Shown here one piece after another: positions 35,079-48,096 of a stretch of 64,000 bases of DNA. Numbering within the stretch: position 1 is the first letter of the stretch; each line of letters starts with the position of its first letter. The stretch lies in the NCBI RefSeq assembly GCF_000372725.1, contig NW_005201327.1, positions 77,022 to 141,021 of the forward strand, read 5' to 3'. Origin of the DNA: Emiliania huxleyi CCMP1516. Its lineage: Eukaryota. Made by a program: the position numbers and the translations under genes. The notes under the pieces are model-generated. The model worked only from the letters and a program-made list of their open reading frames with translations. It was not told where the DNA came from and made no database searches.

Positions 35079-37025
35079 CGTGCACTCTCCAACGTGCCGC
35101 GATGCGGAGAGAGCTCTACTCGCATAATGTGGGTAAACGAAAAAAGTAGCGCCCAATTGGTCTACGTACGGCTTAGTGAGTGGTTGGGGTGGCCTCAGGC
35201 ATCCCCAAGGGAGCCTCTGCGGTGCCACATAAGCAGCTTAGGGATTGTCGAGACTTAAAGTGTTTCGTTTGAAGAAACGCAAACCGGACAGACGGTACTA
35301 TGGTCACCAGTAAACGAAAATTCGACTTTGAGGGATCATATCTCAAAAAGCCGGGAGATAACGTCGCATTATTGTTGCATATTATGCCACATAAGGTCAA
35401 ACTTGACCCCAGAAGCATCAAGAACCCGATGCTCCGGCTCGACTGTGCCGGCACACTGCCTCCTCGCGCACGCTGGTGCCAGCAGGCCGTTGCGGCCCGT
35501 GGTGCACCAGAGAGAGAGGTCGACGCGTTGCCCCCGCCGGCGACCCCGCGCGGCTCAGGCCAGCCAGAAGGTGTGTGGTGACGGCACCGTGGCAGGAGTG
35601 CGGAGAAGAGCTCGCCGAACGCGAGCAGCAGATGGCCAAAGTGTGCCAGCGCGAGAGCCTCGCGAGCGGGCGCAGAAGGAGCTCGCCGTGACACGATGCC
35701 GGGCGGTGGTGGTGCTCTGGCGACTGTGCACAGTGGGCAAAGTCAGGCTGCAACAGGGCAGCACGTTGGTAGTGCCCTGCTGCAGCCTGGCCTGACATGC
35801 ACAGGGCGAACAGAGGCGGTACTATCGTCCGGCGCTCGTCACCGAATCTGGGCCAACTTCGACCGCCGCCACAGCTCGCCACGAGCACGCAGCGACAAAA
35901 TGTTGACTGTATGGAAGTCGAGGCTGGTCCATAGGAAGAGGCTGCCGTGCGAGCCGGCAGCAGGCTGGCTCGTCGTGGACTGCCGCGGCGACTTTTTTCG
36001 GTGTCTTTCTTGATAGTACCGAATACGGTACTTTCGTTTACCCACATTCTGCGAGTAGGAAACTGCCCGGGAGGGAAAAGAAGAATTCTTGCATCTTACG
36101 TGGGAGAAGAATTTTGCAACAAAACTCTAAATTGGGCACGGGACTGGCGCGCACTGGCACTACATGTAACACAAGGCAAAAGAATTTTACAACAAAAGGC
36201 GGTCGCACGACACGATTCACGCGACAGGCAGGCGAGGCGCGGGCGACAGCTTCCTCAGAAGCCGTCGCCCGCACCACAGGAGCAGTCACACCACTCCCGC
36301 TCCGGCGCCCACCCACTCCCCACCCCAGACAAAAGAATCCGCACAGCCCGATTCCGCGACAGACAAGGCGCGGGCGACGGCTTCACCACAGGAGCAGTCA
36401 CACGACTCCCACTCCGGCGCCCGCCCTACCCCACCCCAACATCCCCACCGCACGACCCGGCCCCACCCCGACCCGAGCAACCCCGCCCCAACCCGACCCG
36501 ACCCGACCCACCCCGCTCCGCCCCGCCCCGCCCCACCGCACCGCAAGAGAGAGATCTCCTGCGGGGCGCAGGTATGAATATGAAACTAATTGTGCCTCCT
36601 ACCACCTACCGATACCGAACAATGCAGGCTCGGAAAGGAAAAACAAACACTCAGGCCCTGCGCCACCGCCACGCTCCGGTGGGTGTCGGTCGTGGGCCTG
36701 ACGCAATGAGACACGCTCCGCACCTCCGAAGCCTCCGAACGTTCGATTCGCCCCGTCCGTAACGTCTAACCGCCCGCCGCGCATAACTGACTCCTCATCA
36801 CCTCCCTGCTAACATACATATGTAGGAAGGTGAAGAACAGTCAGGCTCGGACTGGACACCGACGCGGTATGGGTGGACGCTGGACAGATGATGACGACAC
36901 GCACGAGCGACACACAGACACAAACAAGCTCACAAGACACACAGCCAGCGGGCTGCCCCACATCCTGAGTGGGCGTAGACCGCACGCAGAATCTTTTTCT
37001 TGGCGCTTCAGTCACAAGAGCATTG

Positions 37026-38413
37026 ATGCGGTGCTCGAGCAGCTCGCGATCTGACTTGAACAGCCTCCCGGACACGCCCGAATCGCCCAAGAGGCTGCCA
37101 GAGGACCCTGAGCCGCCCAGCTCCGGCGTGGGAGTCCCGCCCGAGCAGCTTCATGGCGGCGACGGTGCTGTCGTGCAGCACGAAGGAACGCAGCGAACGG
37201 GACGCGTGAGCACAGGCCGCTCGGGCAAGTCCAAGCGCGTGCTGCGCGCGGAGAGGCGGCTGCGCGCCGGAGCTGGGACGCCGCCCGACGGCGACCGGCT
37301 CGGCCGCGTCTCTCCCGGCGGCTTGTCGCCCGGCCGCCTCAGTGGCCGAGGGAGCCCCGCGTCGCCGATCGAGTCGGCGCTCGGCGAAGTCGGCAGGCTG
37401 TGGGGCGTCCTCCGCCAAGAGCTGGCACGCGAGACGCCGTACGTGCCGGGCCTCTCGATCCACACGCCCAAGCGGCGGTGGCAGCTGACCGCCGCTTCGC
37501 TCACCCTGCTCGGCGCCGCGAAGGCGGGCGACGCGCTGCGCATACGGCGGCTGCTCCGCAGGTCACACACACACACGCACACACACACACACACCGCTCA
37601 CCCACGCGCACTGGGCCTTGCACTTTGAATGCCGTGGGGCTCCTGTCGTCAGACGTGGAGACGCGAGGGTCGCCCCCCCTTGCCCCACCACCTCGTGTGT
37701 GTGGAGAAGTTTAAATTTACCTTACCTTACCTGCTCTGCAGGCACGGCGCGAAGCTGCCGACGGTCTTCGAGGTCGTCACCGAGGCGGTGGAGATGCAGC
37801 GGAGGCAGTCCTTCGCGCTGCGGCGGGGCGAGGCGTCGGTCGGCGGTGGAGGTGCGGTGACAGTGCCCCCGCGCGGCGCCATGAGCGAGCCGCTGGCACG
37901 TCGCGCCGTGCCGCCGCCGCCGCCGGCGGCAGGTGCGGCGGCAAGGGCGGCGGCAAGGGCGGCGGAAGGGGCGGCGGCAGGGGCGGCGGCAGGGGCGGCG
38001 GAAGGGGCGGCGGAAGGGGCGTCGGAGGAGGCTGCCGGCACTTCCGATCTTAGCACCGGGCTGAGCGCGCCGGCAGAGGCCGTGGTCATCTCTCCCGGCA
38101 CCGCAGTCCCCCGGCCGCGCCCATATCTCCCCGGATCTCCCCAGATCTCGCCATGTGCCTCGCCACACACCTTGGGGCCAGATCTCGCCGTCCCTCCCGC
38201 AGGCTCGGAGCTTCTCCTCTCCCCCTCCTCTCCTCCCCCTGCCCCCCCCCCCCTCTCTCTCCTCTCCCCCCCCCACCTCAACCTCCTCGCCCTACTCCCC
38301 CCCCAGGCGCAGCGCCGGCGGTCGAGCCGCCCGTCAGCGCGGGCCCGTGGCGCGATCGACCGTGGTCCTCGCCTCCGGGCTGGATCGAGGCTCTCTCTCT
38401 CTCTCTGACTCTC

Positions 38414-38505
<92 letters not shown>

Positions 38506-40561
38506 CCCTCCGATCTCGAGAAGCGGAGATCGCATTCTAGCTCGACTCCAACCAGCGCTCGAGAGGGCACGTATTTGGATGCAGTCCGCCGTATTCCTGC
38601 GGTGTTCGTTGTCCTCGTGTGCCCCTCGTCCTCACGCGGTGCTCCGAGTAGTACTCTGCACGACCACTGCCCCTCCCCGCCCCGAGGCTGGCGTATCCAC
38701 ACAAACACACAACCCCGGACCCAAGACGCACAAGCAAGCACAGACCGTCGGGAAGGGAGAGACAGCGGCGGCAGTCAGAAGCCAGCGCTGGGTCCCAGGA
38801 AGGCGAATGCGAGGACGGCATCTAGTGCGAGCTCTAGCTAGTGAGCTCACCATTCCCCACGCAGGCAGCCGATGCCGAGGCGGGGTGGACGGCGCTGATG
38901 TGGGCCTGCTGGCTGGGGCACCGCGCCGTGGTGGAGGCGCGCGCCGTCTTTTTTCTTTTTTCTAGGCGGAGCTCGACCACTCGCACGGCACGACTGCAGC
39001 AACATGTCTTTTGCTGTGTAGGTGCTGCTGCGCGCCGGGGCGAGCGTCGCCACCCGCTCGGCGCAGGGAGGGAACACGGCGCTCATGTGCGCGTCGCGTC
39101 GAGGCGCCGTCGACCCCCCCCCCCTGCTCCCCTTGCTCCCCCCCTGCTCCCCTTGCTCCCCCCCTGCTCCCCCCTGCTCCCCCCCCTGCTCCCCCCTGCT
39201 CCCCCCTTGCCCCACCGCCTTGCGTGTGTGTGGAGAAGTGCACCTTCCCTTCCCTCGCCTTAGGCCACGCCGAGATTGTCCGCTTGCTGCTCGAGGCGGG
39301 CGCGGAGCCGGACGCGCGAAGCCACGACGGCGTGAGTGGGGTCGTCCTCGCTGCCGAGCACGGGCATCTCGAGGTCATGGCGAGATCTGGCGAGACGGAG
39401 AGGCATGGCGCGATCTGGCGAGAGGGAGGACGATCGGCCGTAAATCCCGAGGCGAGGCACGAGAGTCGTCGGTTGAGCTAGGGAGCCTGGCGAGGGACGC
39501 CACCAGTCCTCGACAGGCTCTGGTACTCCACACTGTCCGTGCGCCGGGCGTCGCACTCTGACTTTGAATGTGCACTGGGGGGTGTTGCCTGCCTGCTCGC
39601 CTGTCTGGGAGTGGAGCCTTGCGAGAAGGCCCTTTGATCCCCCCACCCCCTCGAGTGTGTGTGGAGGACGTTACCTCACCAGCCGAATCACCAGCCGAAT
39701 CGCCACAGGTGGTGCGCCTCCTCGTCTCCGCCGGCGCGGAGGCGCTGTGCTGCTGCTCGGACGGCAACCTCGGGGAATCTCGGGGAATCTCGGGGAATCT
39801 CGGGGAATCTCGGGGAATAGGCGCTCTGCTGCTGCTCGGACGGCAGCACCGCGCTGCACCTCGCAAGCCGCGGCGGTCACCCGCAGGTCGTGTCGTATCT
39901 CCTCGGCGCGGGGTGCGCCGTCAACGCGACCGACCACGCGGGCCTCACGCCGCTGCTATGCGCGGCGGCGGCGCTGGAGACGGACGCGCACGTCGACGTG
40001 ATCCTGCGGCTGCTGCAGGAGGGCGCCGACCCCGACGCCAAGAGGCTCGACGACGACCTGTGCGCGCTGGAGCTGGTCGAGCTGGCGTCGCCCTTGACGC
40101 TGCTGCAGCACCGCACCCCGTCCGGCGAGGCGGGCGGCGGTGGGGTGGGCGGCGAGGCGGGCGGCAGCGAGAGCGGCGGTGGGGCGGGCGGTGAGGCGGG
40201 CGGCGGCGAGGAGGGCGGCGGTGGGGCGGGCGGCGGTGGGGCGGGCGGCGGTGGGGCGGGCGGCGGCGCGGGCGGCAAAGAGCAGGGCGGCGAGGCGGGA
40301 GGTGGAGTCGGCGGCGGCGGCGGGCAGGCGATCGCGACGACGAGCGGCGATGCGGCGAGTGAAGCGGCACGTGAAGCGGCAGGTGAAGCGGCAAGCCGGA
40401 GGGTCAGGGCCGCGGCCAGCACTCGCCGGCAGCAGCGGGCGGCGAGGGTTGCGCTCGCGCTGGTCGCGGCGAGGAGCGCGCGCGCCGACCTCGGCGAGGG
40501 GCTGTGCAACTCCATCGCCCGCGCGCACGTCGCGGCATTGGGGCATTGTTTGTTGAGCTGA
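37026..40561 (+). CDS. Ankyrin-repeat protein, many introns
   Basis: Ankyrin segments GWTALMWACWLGH, GNTALMCASRR|GHAEIVRLLLEAGA, AAEHGHLE, GLTPLLCAA. Introns include 37562-37741 and 39742-39820. Confidence 0.7.
37562..37741 (+). mobile_element. Family A element forming an entire GT-AG intron
   Basis: (CA)n, core and CTTAC tail between direct repeats CTGCTC(C/T)GCAGG; removal gives LLRRHGAKLP in frame. Confidence 0.8.
38391..38500. repeat. (CT)n microsatellite
   Basis: Direct reading of the sequence. Confidence 0.95.
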
Positions 40562-41956
40562 TCCATTGGGGCATTGTTTGTGTTGAGCTGATCGACGCCT
40601 GATAGTTTTGACACGCACGCATGTCATGGTGGAGGGAGGGTCAGGCGTGCCTTAGCTCTACAGTAAGCTACATGCGTACAGCCGCGTGGATGCCCTCTCT
40701 GTCTACGTTATGGGCTGACGGTGACGCGTCACACAGACAATAACATGACGACACGTGTACGGCGCTAGGGAACCGCGTCGCCCCCGGAGCCGGTCGTCGA
40801 CCCCCTTATCCTTTGGCCGCATTGGCGTTGGGTAAAGCGTAGCGTTTAAGATTAGGTGAGTGTGTGAGACGGTTGGTTAGAGCGCGAGGATTGATGTCCA
40901 TTAGAGACAGAAGACTACGTCATGCAAAAAGTGTGGGAAAAAAACCAAAAACGCTGTCACGGCCAGCTCGGCACTATCTACTCAAAAAAAAGTGACGTAG
41001 AGCACCCACTTTTTAAGCGTTCCGCGCACACACAAGGTCCGCCTGCGTGCGCCGCCAGCTTCTCAGGGCCATCGCGCGAAAAACGACGGAGGAGATGCAT
41101 CCTAGCTGTCGCCACCGAAGGCGACTCGACGTCGCTGAGATCGGAGTTCGGAGATCAAGCTCTGACAGGTCACACGTCGCTCCTTTGACGCCGACGTGAC
41201 TCACCCGTGCAGAGCACATCAGGACACGGTCTCGACGGGCACTCTGCCAGAACTAAGACGAGACCGCGACCGACGGCGGGCCGTGCTTGCTGGCGAGCAT
41301 CCGCGCTGCTGACGACGTGCTAGAGACTGACCTTCAGAGCGACGAGATTCTCGCATGCTTTGAGGAGGCGCTCGGCGAACGGCAGCCAGAGATGGGAACG
41401 GATGCTGCAGCAGGGCGATAGGCGAATCCATCCCGCCTCGCAAGACGAGACTCACACGTGCGGCGCGCTCGCCGCAGGTCGGCGTGCGGAGCGTCGGGCA
41501 TCGGCTCGCCATCCCGGGAGCTTGCCTTGAGCGGCCCGGGCTGGGACCGACCGCGGGAGCTGCCTGCCTGCACCAACCAACCAACGGACATGAGCGATCC
41601 GCAGTTGTCGAAGCGCCCCCCCCCCCCCCCTGCTAGTGTCTGTCGTCGTTCCTACCCCTGATCCTACCCCACGGCTCACGCTAATGTCTGTCATCTCCAG
41701 CGCACAAAAGAATTTAAACAAAACAACTCTCTCTCACAGCACACAGGCTCGACACAGGTGCGAACTGGCGCGTGCAAAAGAAAAATCTAAACAAGCCGCA
41801 GGAAACCGGCGCTCAACCAACACCCCCTTGTTACACCCCACCACCCGAAGAGGCTGCTGGCGCGTGCGTGCGAGGCGTCCGAGCTGCAGCAGGTGAGGAA
41901 GCTGTCCGCGTCTCTGCTCGGCACGCAGTGGGCCGGGATCGAGTCGCCCCCCGCCA

Positions 41957-43736
41957 ATGCGCCGGAGTGTTTTGCGGATTCGCTCACTCACTGCCGCTGC
42001 GGCCTTGTCCGCCGGCTCCACCCTCCGCTGCGAGCCCTCCGCTCCCTCAGCAGCCAAGCAGCAGGAGCGCGCGTCGAAGAGTCGCGCCATGCAGCAGGAG
42101 GTTTCGGCCGCCGAGAATAGCGGTGCGGCCCGCTTCAACGCCGCCCAGAACCCGTCCACCTTCCGCGTCGACGTCTCTGTTCAAGCCGAGCCGGAGGTCG
42201 CCGCGGCGAAGCGCTTTGAAGAGGAGCTGGACAACGCTCTCGATCACCACGCAAAGCTTACCAAGGCCTACTCGCCACCGTCCCTGACTCTCCCACTCGC
42301 CACCGTCCCTGACGACTGCTACCAGCATGGCGGCCGCCCTCACCGCGCCTCCCCCCGTCCTCAAGGTTGACGCCGTCCGTGTGGCCGCCATCGAGGCGCT
42401 GCCGCGCATCAAGGCGCCCCTCACCATGGCGCCCCACGTGCCGCCGCCCATTGAGCGGAGAACGCCGGCCCGCCTCGTCGTCGACTTGTACAGCACGGAG
42501 AAGACGATGCCTGTGTCGCCATCCTGCAAGTACCCGTTCTGGACTTTCAACGACGGCGTGCCGGGGCCGATGATCCGGGCCCGCGTCGGGGACGTGCTCG
42601 AGGTACCTACGGCCGCCTCTCCGCCGTAGCCCTTCTCCTCTCGGTCGCCCCCTCCGCGCCGCGGCCCTGACCCCCGACCCGCCTCCACCAGGTGAACTAC
42701 ACGAATCGGGCCGAGTCGGGCATGGCGCACAACATCGACCTGCATAGCGTGGTGGGCCCAGGCGGCGGGGGCCCGTGCCTGTATGCGGAGCAGGACGAGA
42801 CCAAGACGGGCATTTTCAAGTGCACCTCGCCTGGGCTGTTCGTGTACCACTGCGCGGCTGCGCCTGTGCCGGTCCACATTGCGAACGGCATCGCGCGCCG
42901 CCTGCCCCGCCGAAGCCCCGGCCTCCCCACCCGCAGCGCTGCGGCGGTGGGCGCCACCCCTACTAGTCGGCATCTCCCTTCTCTTACCAGGCACCCACCC
43001 CTCGCCGCAGGCATGTTTGGCCTCGTGCTTGTGGAGCCAGAGGGCGGGCTGCCCTCCCCACCGCCACACCGCCGCTGTCTGCTCACCGCCACGCCCGAAA
43101 CGCCTCGCGAAGGCGCTCTCACCGAAGCGTGCGGCGCGCCGCCTCCGCGCAGGCGGCCTTCCTCCGGTGGACCGAGAATTCTACGTGGTGCAGCACGAAG
43201 TGTACTCCGCCGAGGACGAGGAGGGGTCGAGTGTGCTGGAGCTCGACTACGAGGCGGGGCTGCGGGAGAGTCCGACGTATGTGGTCTTCAACGGCCGGGA
43301 GGGTGCATTGACCGAGAGGCCGCTGATGGCGAAGCAGGGCGAGCGCGTGAGGATCTACTTCGGCAACGCCGGGCCCAACCTGATCTCGAGCCTCCACGTG
43401 ATCGGCGCGATCTTTGACAAGGCCACGTCGTGCTAGTTGCGGGTGGGGCCCGAGGTTTCGAATCAAGTTGCCTATTACTGCTAGGTCTATCGCGAGGGCG
43501 ACCTGATCTCGCCGCCGGCGCGGGGTATCGGTGTCACGGCGGTTCCTGCTGCGGGTACCACCGTGGTCGAGTTTGACGCACTCGTACCCGGCAGCTACAC
43601 CCTGGTGGACCACAGCATATTCCGCATCGACAAGGGCGCCGTGGGCTTTCTGAAGGTGAAGGGCGAACCGAGGCCCGACCTGTACGACTCCAAGGAGATG
43701 AAGGTGTACTGCGATGGGTGCAAGCTGCACTCGTGA
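41957..43736 (+). CDS. nirK: Copper-containing nitrite reductase, probably mitochondrial
   Basis: FWTFNDGVPGPMIRARVGD, HNIDLHSVVGPGGG, FVYHCAAAPVPVHIANG|MFGLVLVEP, GNAGPNLISSLHVIGAIFDK|VYREGDL, YTLVDHSIFRIDKGA. Introns 42603-42691, 42888-43010, 43044-43152, 43422-43484. The link to the presequence-like exon at 41957 is uncertain in frame. Confidence 0.93.
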
Positions 43737-45437
43737 GAGGGGGAATTGATTGATGGGAAGGCGAAACACAGTCCGACCAACGACTGGGACACCAACGCGT
43801 TATGGGTAACATGAGCTGAGAGAAACTTCGCACTGAGCGAGTAAATTCTTTTCTCGCACGACACTGGGCACGGGACTGGCGCGCACTGGCACTAACACAG
43901 GTACACCAGTGTCGTGCGAGTAAGTTTCATGTAAAAATTTCGGGCGCCCCATCCGGAGCGCGCCGCAAGAGCGACTACGCGACCGAGAGGGCGAGAACGA
44001 GATTGTGATGGACGAGAGCGAGTGTCGGACCATGCGAGAGCGGGGAACGAGCACGACGTGGAGGGCGAGGGACCTGGCGTGCCGCCTGCACAAGTGGCAC
44101 CACTTCACAGCGGCGGCAGCGACGGACGCATCGCTAAAGAAGACTCGAGACGGAAGGCTAGCATCATTCGGGGGATGGGAGGGCGCAATCGTCGTCAGTA
44201 CTGCTACGCATATGCACGGAGGCCCATATGCATACGCATCACATTACGCCCTCTCGGGAATACGTAAACTCGGTGCGTGTACGTCACTTGCCAGTCCAAA
44301 TGCGTCGCATTACGCAGCCCGTCGAACGCCTCCCCCTTCAAAAATAAATAGAAAACGTCAATACATACACGTAATCATCGCGTGCGTGACGGTGCGATGG
44401 CCCTGTGGTTGCCTCATACGTACCACGTGTCACGTATACGGATTATGGATCTCCGCCGCATCAATAATCAAAGTACGGGAAGGGAAGAGGAAGGGACTCG
44501 AGGCGGAGAGGAAGGAACGAGTAGCCTCGGAAACAGAGCGCCTGAGAGAGGGACAGAAGGAAAGGTAGGAAGGAGAGGATACGAGAAATGGAGTGGGCGG
44601 CGAATGCGTGTATTTGCTGGCGACGGAGGCGACATCGACAACGTGATGCCGAGGAGAAGGAAAGGGAAGAGGCAGAGAGACGCCTCGAAGCGGGGAGAGG
44701 CAGAACGACGAGAGCGATGGGGATGACACTCAAAACGACCCACTGCGAGCTCGAAGGCGAAGGCCAGCGCAGGAAACGCGGTGACAGGCCCGCCCTCCAC
44801 CCACCTCCCCGCGCGGGGTCGCTCCGGGGCGACCCGGCCGCCCTCTGACCGCACTGCCATACTACTATCCTTCGACAGTATTCAATCTATCAGCCCAGCC
44901 CGAGCGGGTCCCTCGCCGCCCGCGCCGCCCGCGTGCGCTGCCGCTTGGCGTTGGAGCGCTGCGTGCGCCACTCGGCGCTGCCGGCGTGCGCGTTGCAGTG
45001 CGCCGGCGCCCTCGGCTCGCCGCCCCGCCAGTGGCGGCACTCGGACACGGGCGCGTCGCACGCGAAGCACACTGTGTACGCGCGCGTGCATCGTGGAGAG
45101 TGGCCGCGCCTGTTTGAATCTACAACAAGTATATGTAGTACACAGCAGTCCGCTCAGTCACGGAGTCAGCGTCCGGAATAGACAACACACACTGTGGAGC
45201 GCACGCAGACACATGGAGGGGGCTCCGGACGGACAGACTTGGCTCTTGGGTAACGCACGCGCGCTTGACAATCCTCAACCCACGCCCCGCGACAGTACGT
45301 GCTCGTCTACAGACGTTCATGCGACCGGTGGGAGTACGATAATGGACTCCTCGGCGCCGCCTCCTCCGTTTCGAGCTGTTAGCCGAGGTCATACTAGCGC
45401 TTCTCCCCCACCCCCTCCTCAAGAGCATACACGTCGA

Positions 45438-46694
45438 TCAGGGGGCCGCCGGCGGCGGCGGAGACGGGGGAGGCACCAGGGCCGCCAGAGCGAGCACCTT
45501 GTCCACGACGTGGATCACGCCGTTGCTGGTCTGGACGTCGGCGGAGATCACGGTGGAAGGGCCGCCGAGGATACTGGGCGTGACGAGGACGGAGCCGGTC
45601 GAGCCGTCGACCGTGATGTCCTCTCCGTTCAGCGTGGTTTGGGCGGAGTTCTCGAGCGTCAGCGCGACTGACGCTGGGACCTCGGAGCCGAGGGCGTGCT
45701 TCTGGAGGAGGGCGGTGACGATTGCATCGTCCGCGAGCACGCTTTGGAGGAAGGTCTGGTCGAGGGCAGCGAACGCGCCGTTCGTTGGGGCAAAGACGGT
45801 GTAGGACCCGGAGTTCGAGAGCGCGTCAGCCACCGCAGAAGACGCTCCGACCGCGGCGCAGAGCGTGCCGACGGTGGCGTCGAGGCTAGGGTCGCAGGCG
45901 ACCTGGGCGATGGACATGTAGGACCACGTCGCGATCACCTTGTTGATCTCGTGGATCACGCTACCGCCGTTGTCGGCCTCGGCGAGGTTGGGGGCGACCA
46001 CCTCAGCAGATCCTCCAACGATGGCGGGCGTGATGGTGACGGGCCCGGCGGTGCCGTTGCCGTCGACAACGATCTTCTCCGTGATGCTGTTGGTGGAGGC
46101 CAGGGTGTCGACAGGCTCGTTGACGAGGTTCAGCGCGTCCGCCGCCGGCACCTTGGACCCGAGGGTGTGCTTCAGCAGGAGGTTTGTGAGTGCGGCCTCG
46201 TTCTCGGGCTTGAGCAGGTCGGCGAGCGCTCCGTCTGGAAGGGCATCAAACGCGTCGTTGTTCGGAGCAAAGACCGTGTAGGTGCCCGCGGCGGAGAGCG
46301 CGGCGAGGACCGTGGGAGACGCAGCGATCGCGGCACAGAGCGTGGAGAACTGCGCCGGGGCGTTCGTGCCGCAGGCGACGTCGGCGATGGTGGAGTACGT
46401 GGAGATCGTGGAGTCCTCCTTCTTGTTCAGTCCGACACCGAGACCGACACCGAGGCCGAGAGCCAGTGCAAGCGTGAGTATCACGATGGCGATGATCCAT
46501 GTGTTGGAGCGCGCCTGTGAGAGGGCCGAGTGCGTGAGAGCCAGTGCAAGCGCGACGATCACGATGGCGAGGATCCATGTGTTGGAGCTGTGCGAGGGCG
46601 AGCGCGTGAGGAGAGGAGAGAGAGGGAGGCGTCTGGGCTGGTGGGAGCGCACCTTGGGCGGCAGTCCCTTCTCGAGGTCGGCTGCGCGGCACAT
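45438..46694 (-). CDS. Membrane-anchored protein with two fasciclin (FAS1) domains
   Basis: YTVFAPNNDAF...VIHEINKVI and YTVFAPTNGAF...NGVIHVVDKVL; N-terminal TM helix; likely intron 46515-46652. Confidence 0.9.
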   Translation of the reverse strand: MCRAADLEKGLPPKVRSHQPRRLPLSPLLTRSPSHSSNTWILAIVIVALALALTHSALSQARSNTWIIAIVILTLALALGLGVGLGVGLNKKEDSTISTYSTIADVACGTNAPAQFSTLCAAIAASPTVLAALSAAGTYTVFAPNNDAFDALPDGALADLLKPENEAALTNLLLKHTLGSKVPAADALNLVNEPVDTLASTNSITEKIVVDGNGTAGPVTITPAIVGGSAEVVAPNLAEADNGGSVIHEINKVIATWSYMSIAQVACDPSLDATVGTLCAAVGASSAVADALSNSGSYTVFAPTNGAFAALDQTFLQSVLADDAIVTALLQKHALGSEVPASVALTLENSAQTTLNGEDITVDGSTGSVLVTPSILGGPSTVISADVQTSNGVIHVVDKVLALAALVPPPSPPPPAAP

Positions 46695-47390
46695 GGAAGC
46701 TGGAAGAAGTAGGGACTCGGTCGGGCACGGCGGAGAACTCGCGAGGAAAACACCGAAGACACGCGCCAAAATAGGCGGATGGTGTGTGAAAAACGGGAAA
46801 TGTCCTAAGGAGTTCACCCTACCCCCACGGCGGCGCAAAAATGCCTTGATGTTTCGTGGGTGCGAGAGAGTCTCTTCTTGGGTGGTGCGTGTGTGTGGGT
46901 GGGTGCCGCTGGCTCCTGTGGGCCTTCCTTCGCGAACGAATCAAACTCTTGGGCGAACAAATGACGAAGGCGTGTGAACCGCGCCATTCGTTCTCACCTG
47001 GCAATCCTGTCTGCACGCCTCGCGCGCGCGCGAACAGGGCGCAGTAAGGGCGAAGAACAGCCAGGCTCGGTCGGACTTGAGTGCAGTTCCTACACATCGC
47101 CACCCACGGGTATCTTGGAGTGGTACACACACAAAATATGGACGTTTTCAGTGATGTATCTGCATGAAACTCTTTCCTCATTTATTCCACGCGCCAACAA
47201 CAGCGCGGTGCTCTCTTATCCCTCTGGCGGGCCAAAGATCGACTCGCATGTCGCGAGATTTTGACTCGAGGCATCACGTCTCCATGCCGCCGTCAAGTCG
47301 GAGCCAGTCTGCGGCGACCACAGCGCTCACCGCAGGGATATGCGAGCTTTTCAGAGTCAATCTTTTGCGCGAAATCCCACAGTGGTGGAT

Positions 47391-47995
47391 GTTGAATAAA
47401 TAAATACATAAAAACGGTCAAACTCTGAGACGAGATGGGATTTAGGGACATGTGTCCCCGCCCTGCACGATCTTGGTGTGAGGGATCTTCAAATTGTCCC
47501 CTCACCCCTGGTCACTACGGTTTACCCGACACTAGAAGAGCAGCAAGAGTTGGGGCTGCGGCTACGGCTGCGGCTGCGGGAGGGGCTATGGTCGCGGGAG
47601 AGCCGCTGCGCCGCGTGGGCGCGCCTACACCGCGCTTGCTCCGCTCGCCACCTCTCGCAAAGGTCCAAAGTCATAGCCATCACCTCCTCCGGCAAGTCCT
47701 TTTCGCCTATCTCGCCGTCCCTCCATGCCTGGTAGAGCTCGTCGGCATAGCCATACTGCATCACAGCCTGCTGCACTGCGTCGTGCACAACCCCTGCCAC
47801 CCTATCCCGCGCCTCAGCGTCGGAAAATTCGAGCTCGGAGTCATACCCGGAAGCAGGCGCAGACGGCCGCGGCGATTTGGCAGGCGGCGAGGTGGGGGAG
47901 GGAGAGCGCGGCGGTGCGCGCTCGGTGCTCCCGCTGGTGCCAGAAGGGCCAGCGCCCAATGCGCTCAGCCTGTTCTTGTCCACCACCTTGGGAGA
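47391..47995 (-). mobile_element. Family B retro-like insertion with a 10-bp TSD
   Basis: AGTGGTGGAT at 47381-47390 and 47996-48005; (TATT)n tail on the minus strand; an uninterrupted homologous site exists at ~19095-19134. Confidence 0.65.
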
Positions 47996-48096
47996 AGTGG
48001 TGGATTTTGGGGCGCTGCGCACCCCCTATTTTAACCGCGCCTGGCAGGCGTGTTCGTCCAAGTTCATGACTCGGCTCCGACCACGCAGCGTGCCGT

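Noticed and set aside
44882..45091. Possible Cys-rich or RING fragment
   Set aside because: The ligand spacing does not fit a known finger.
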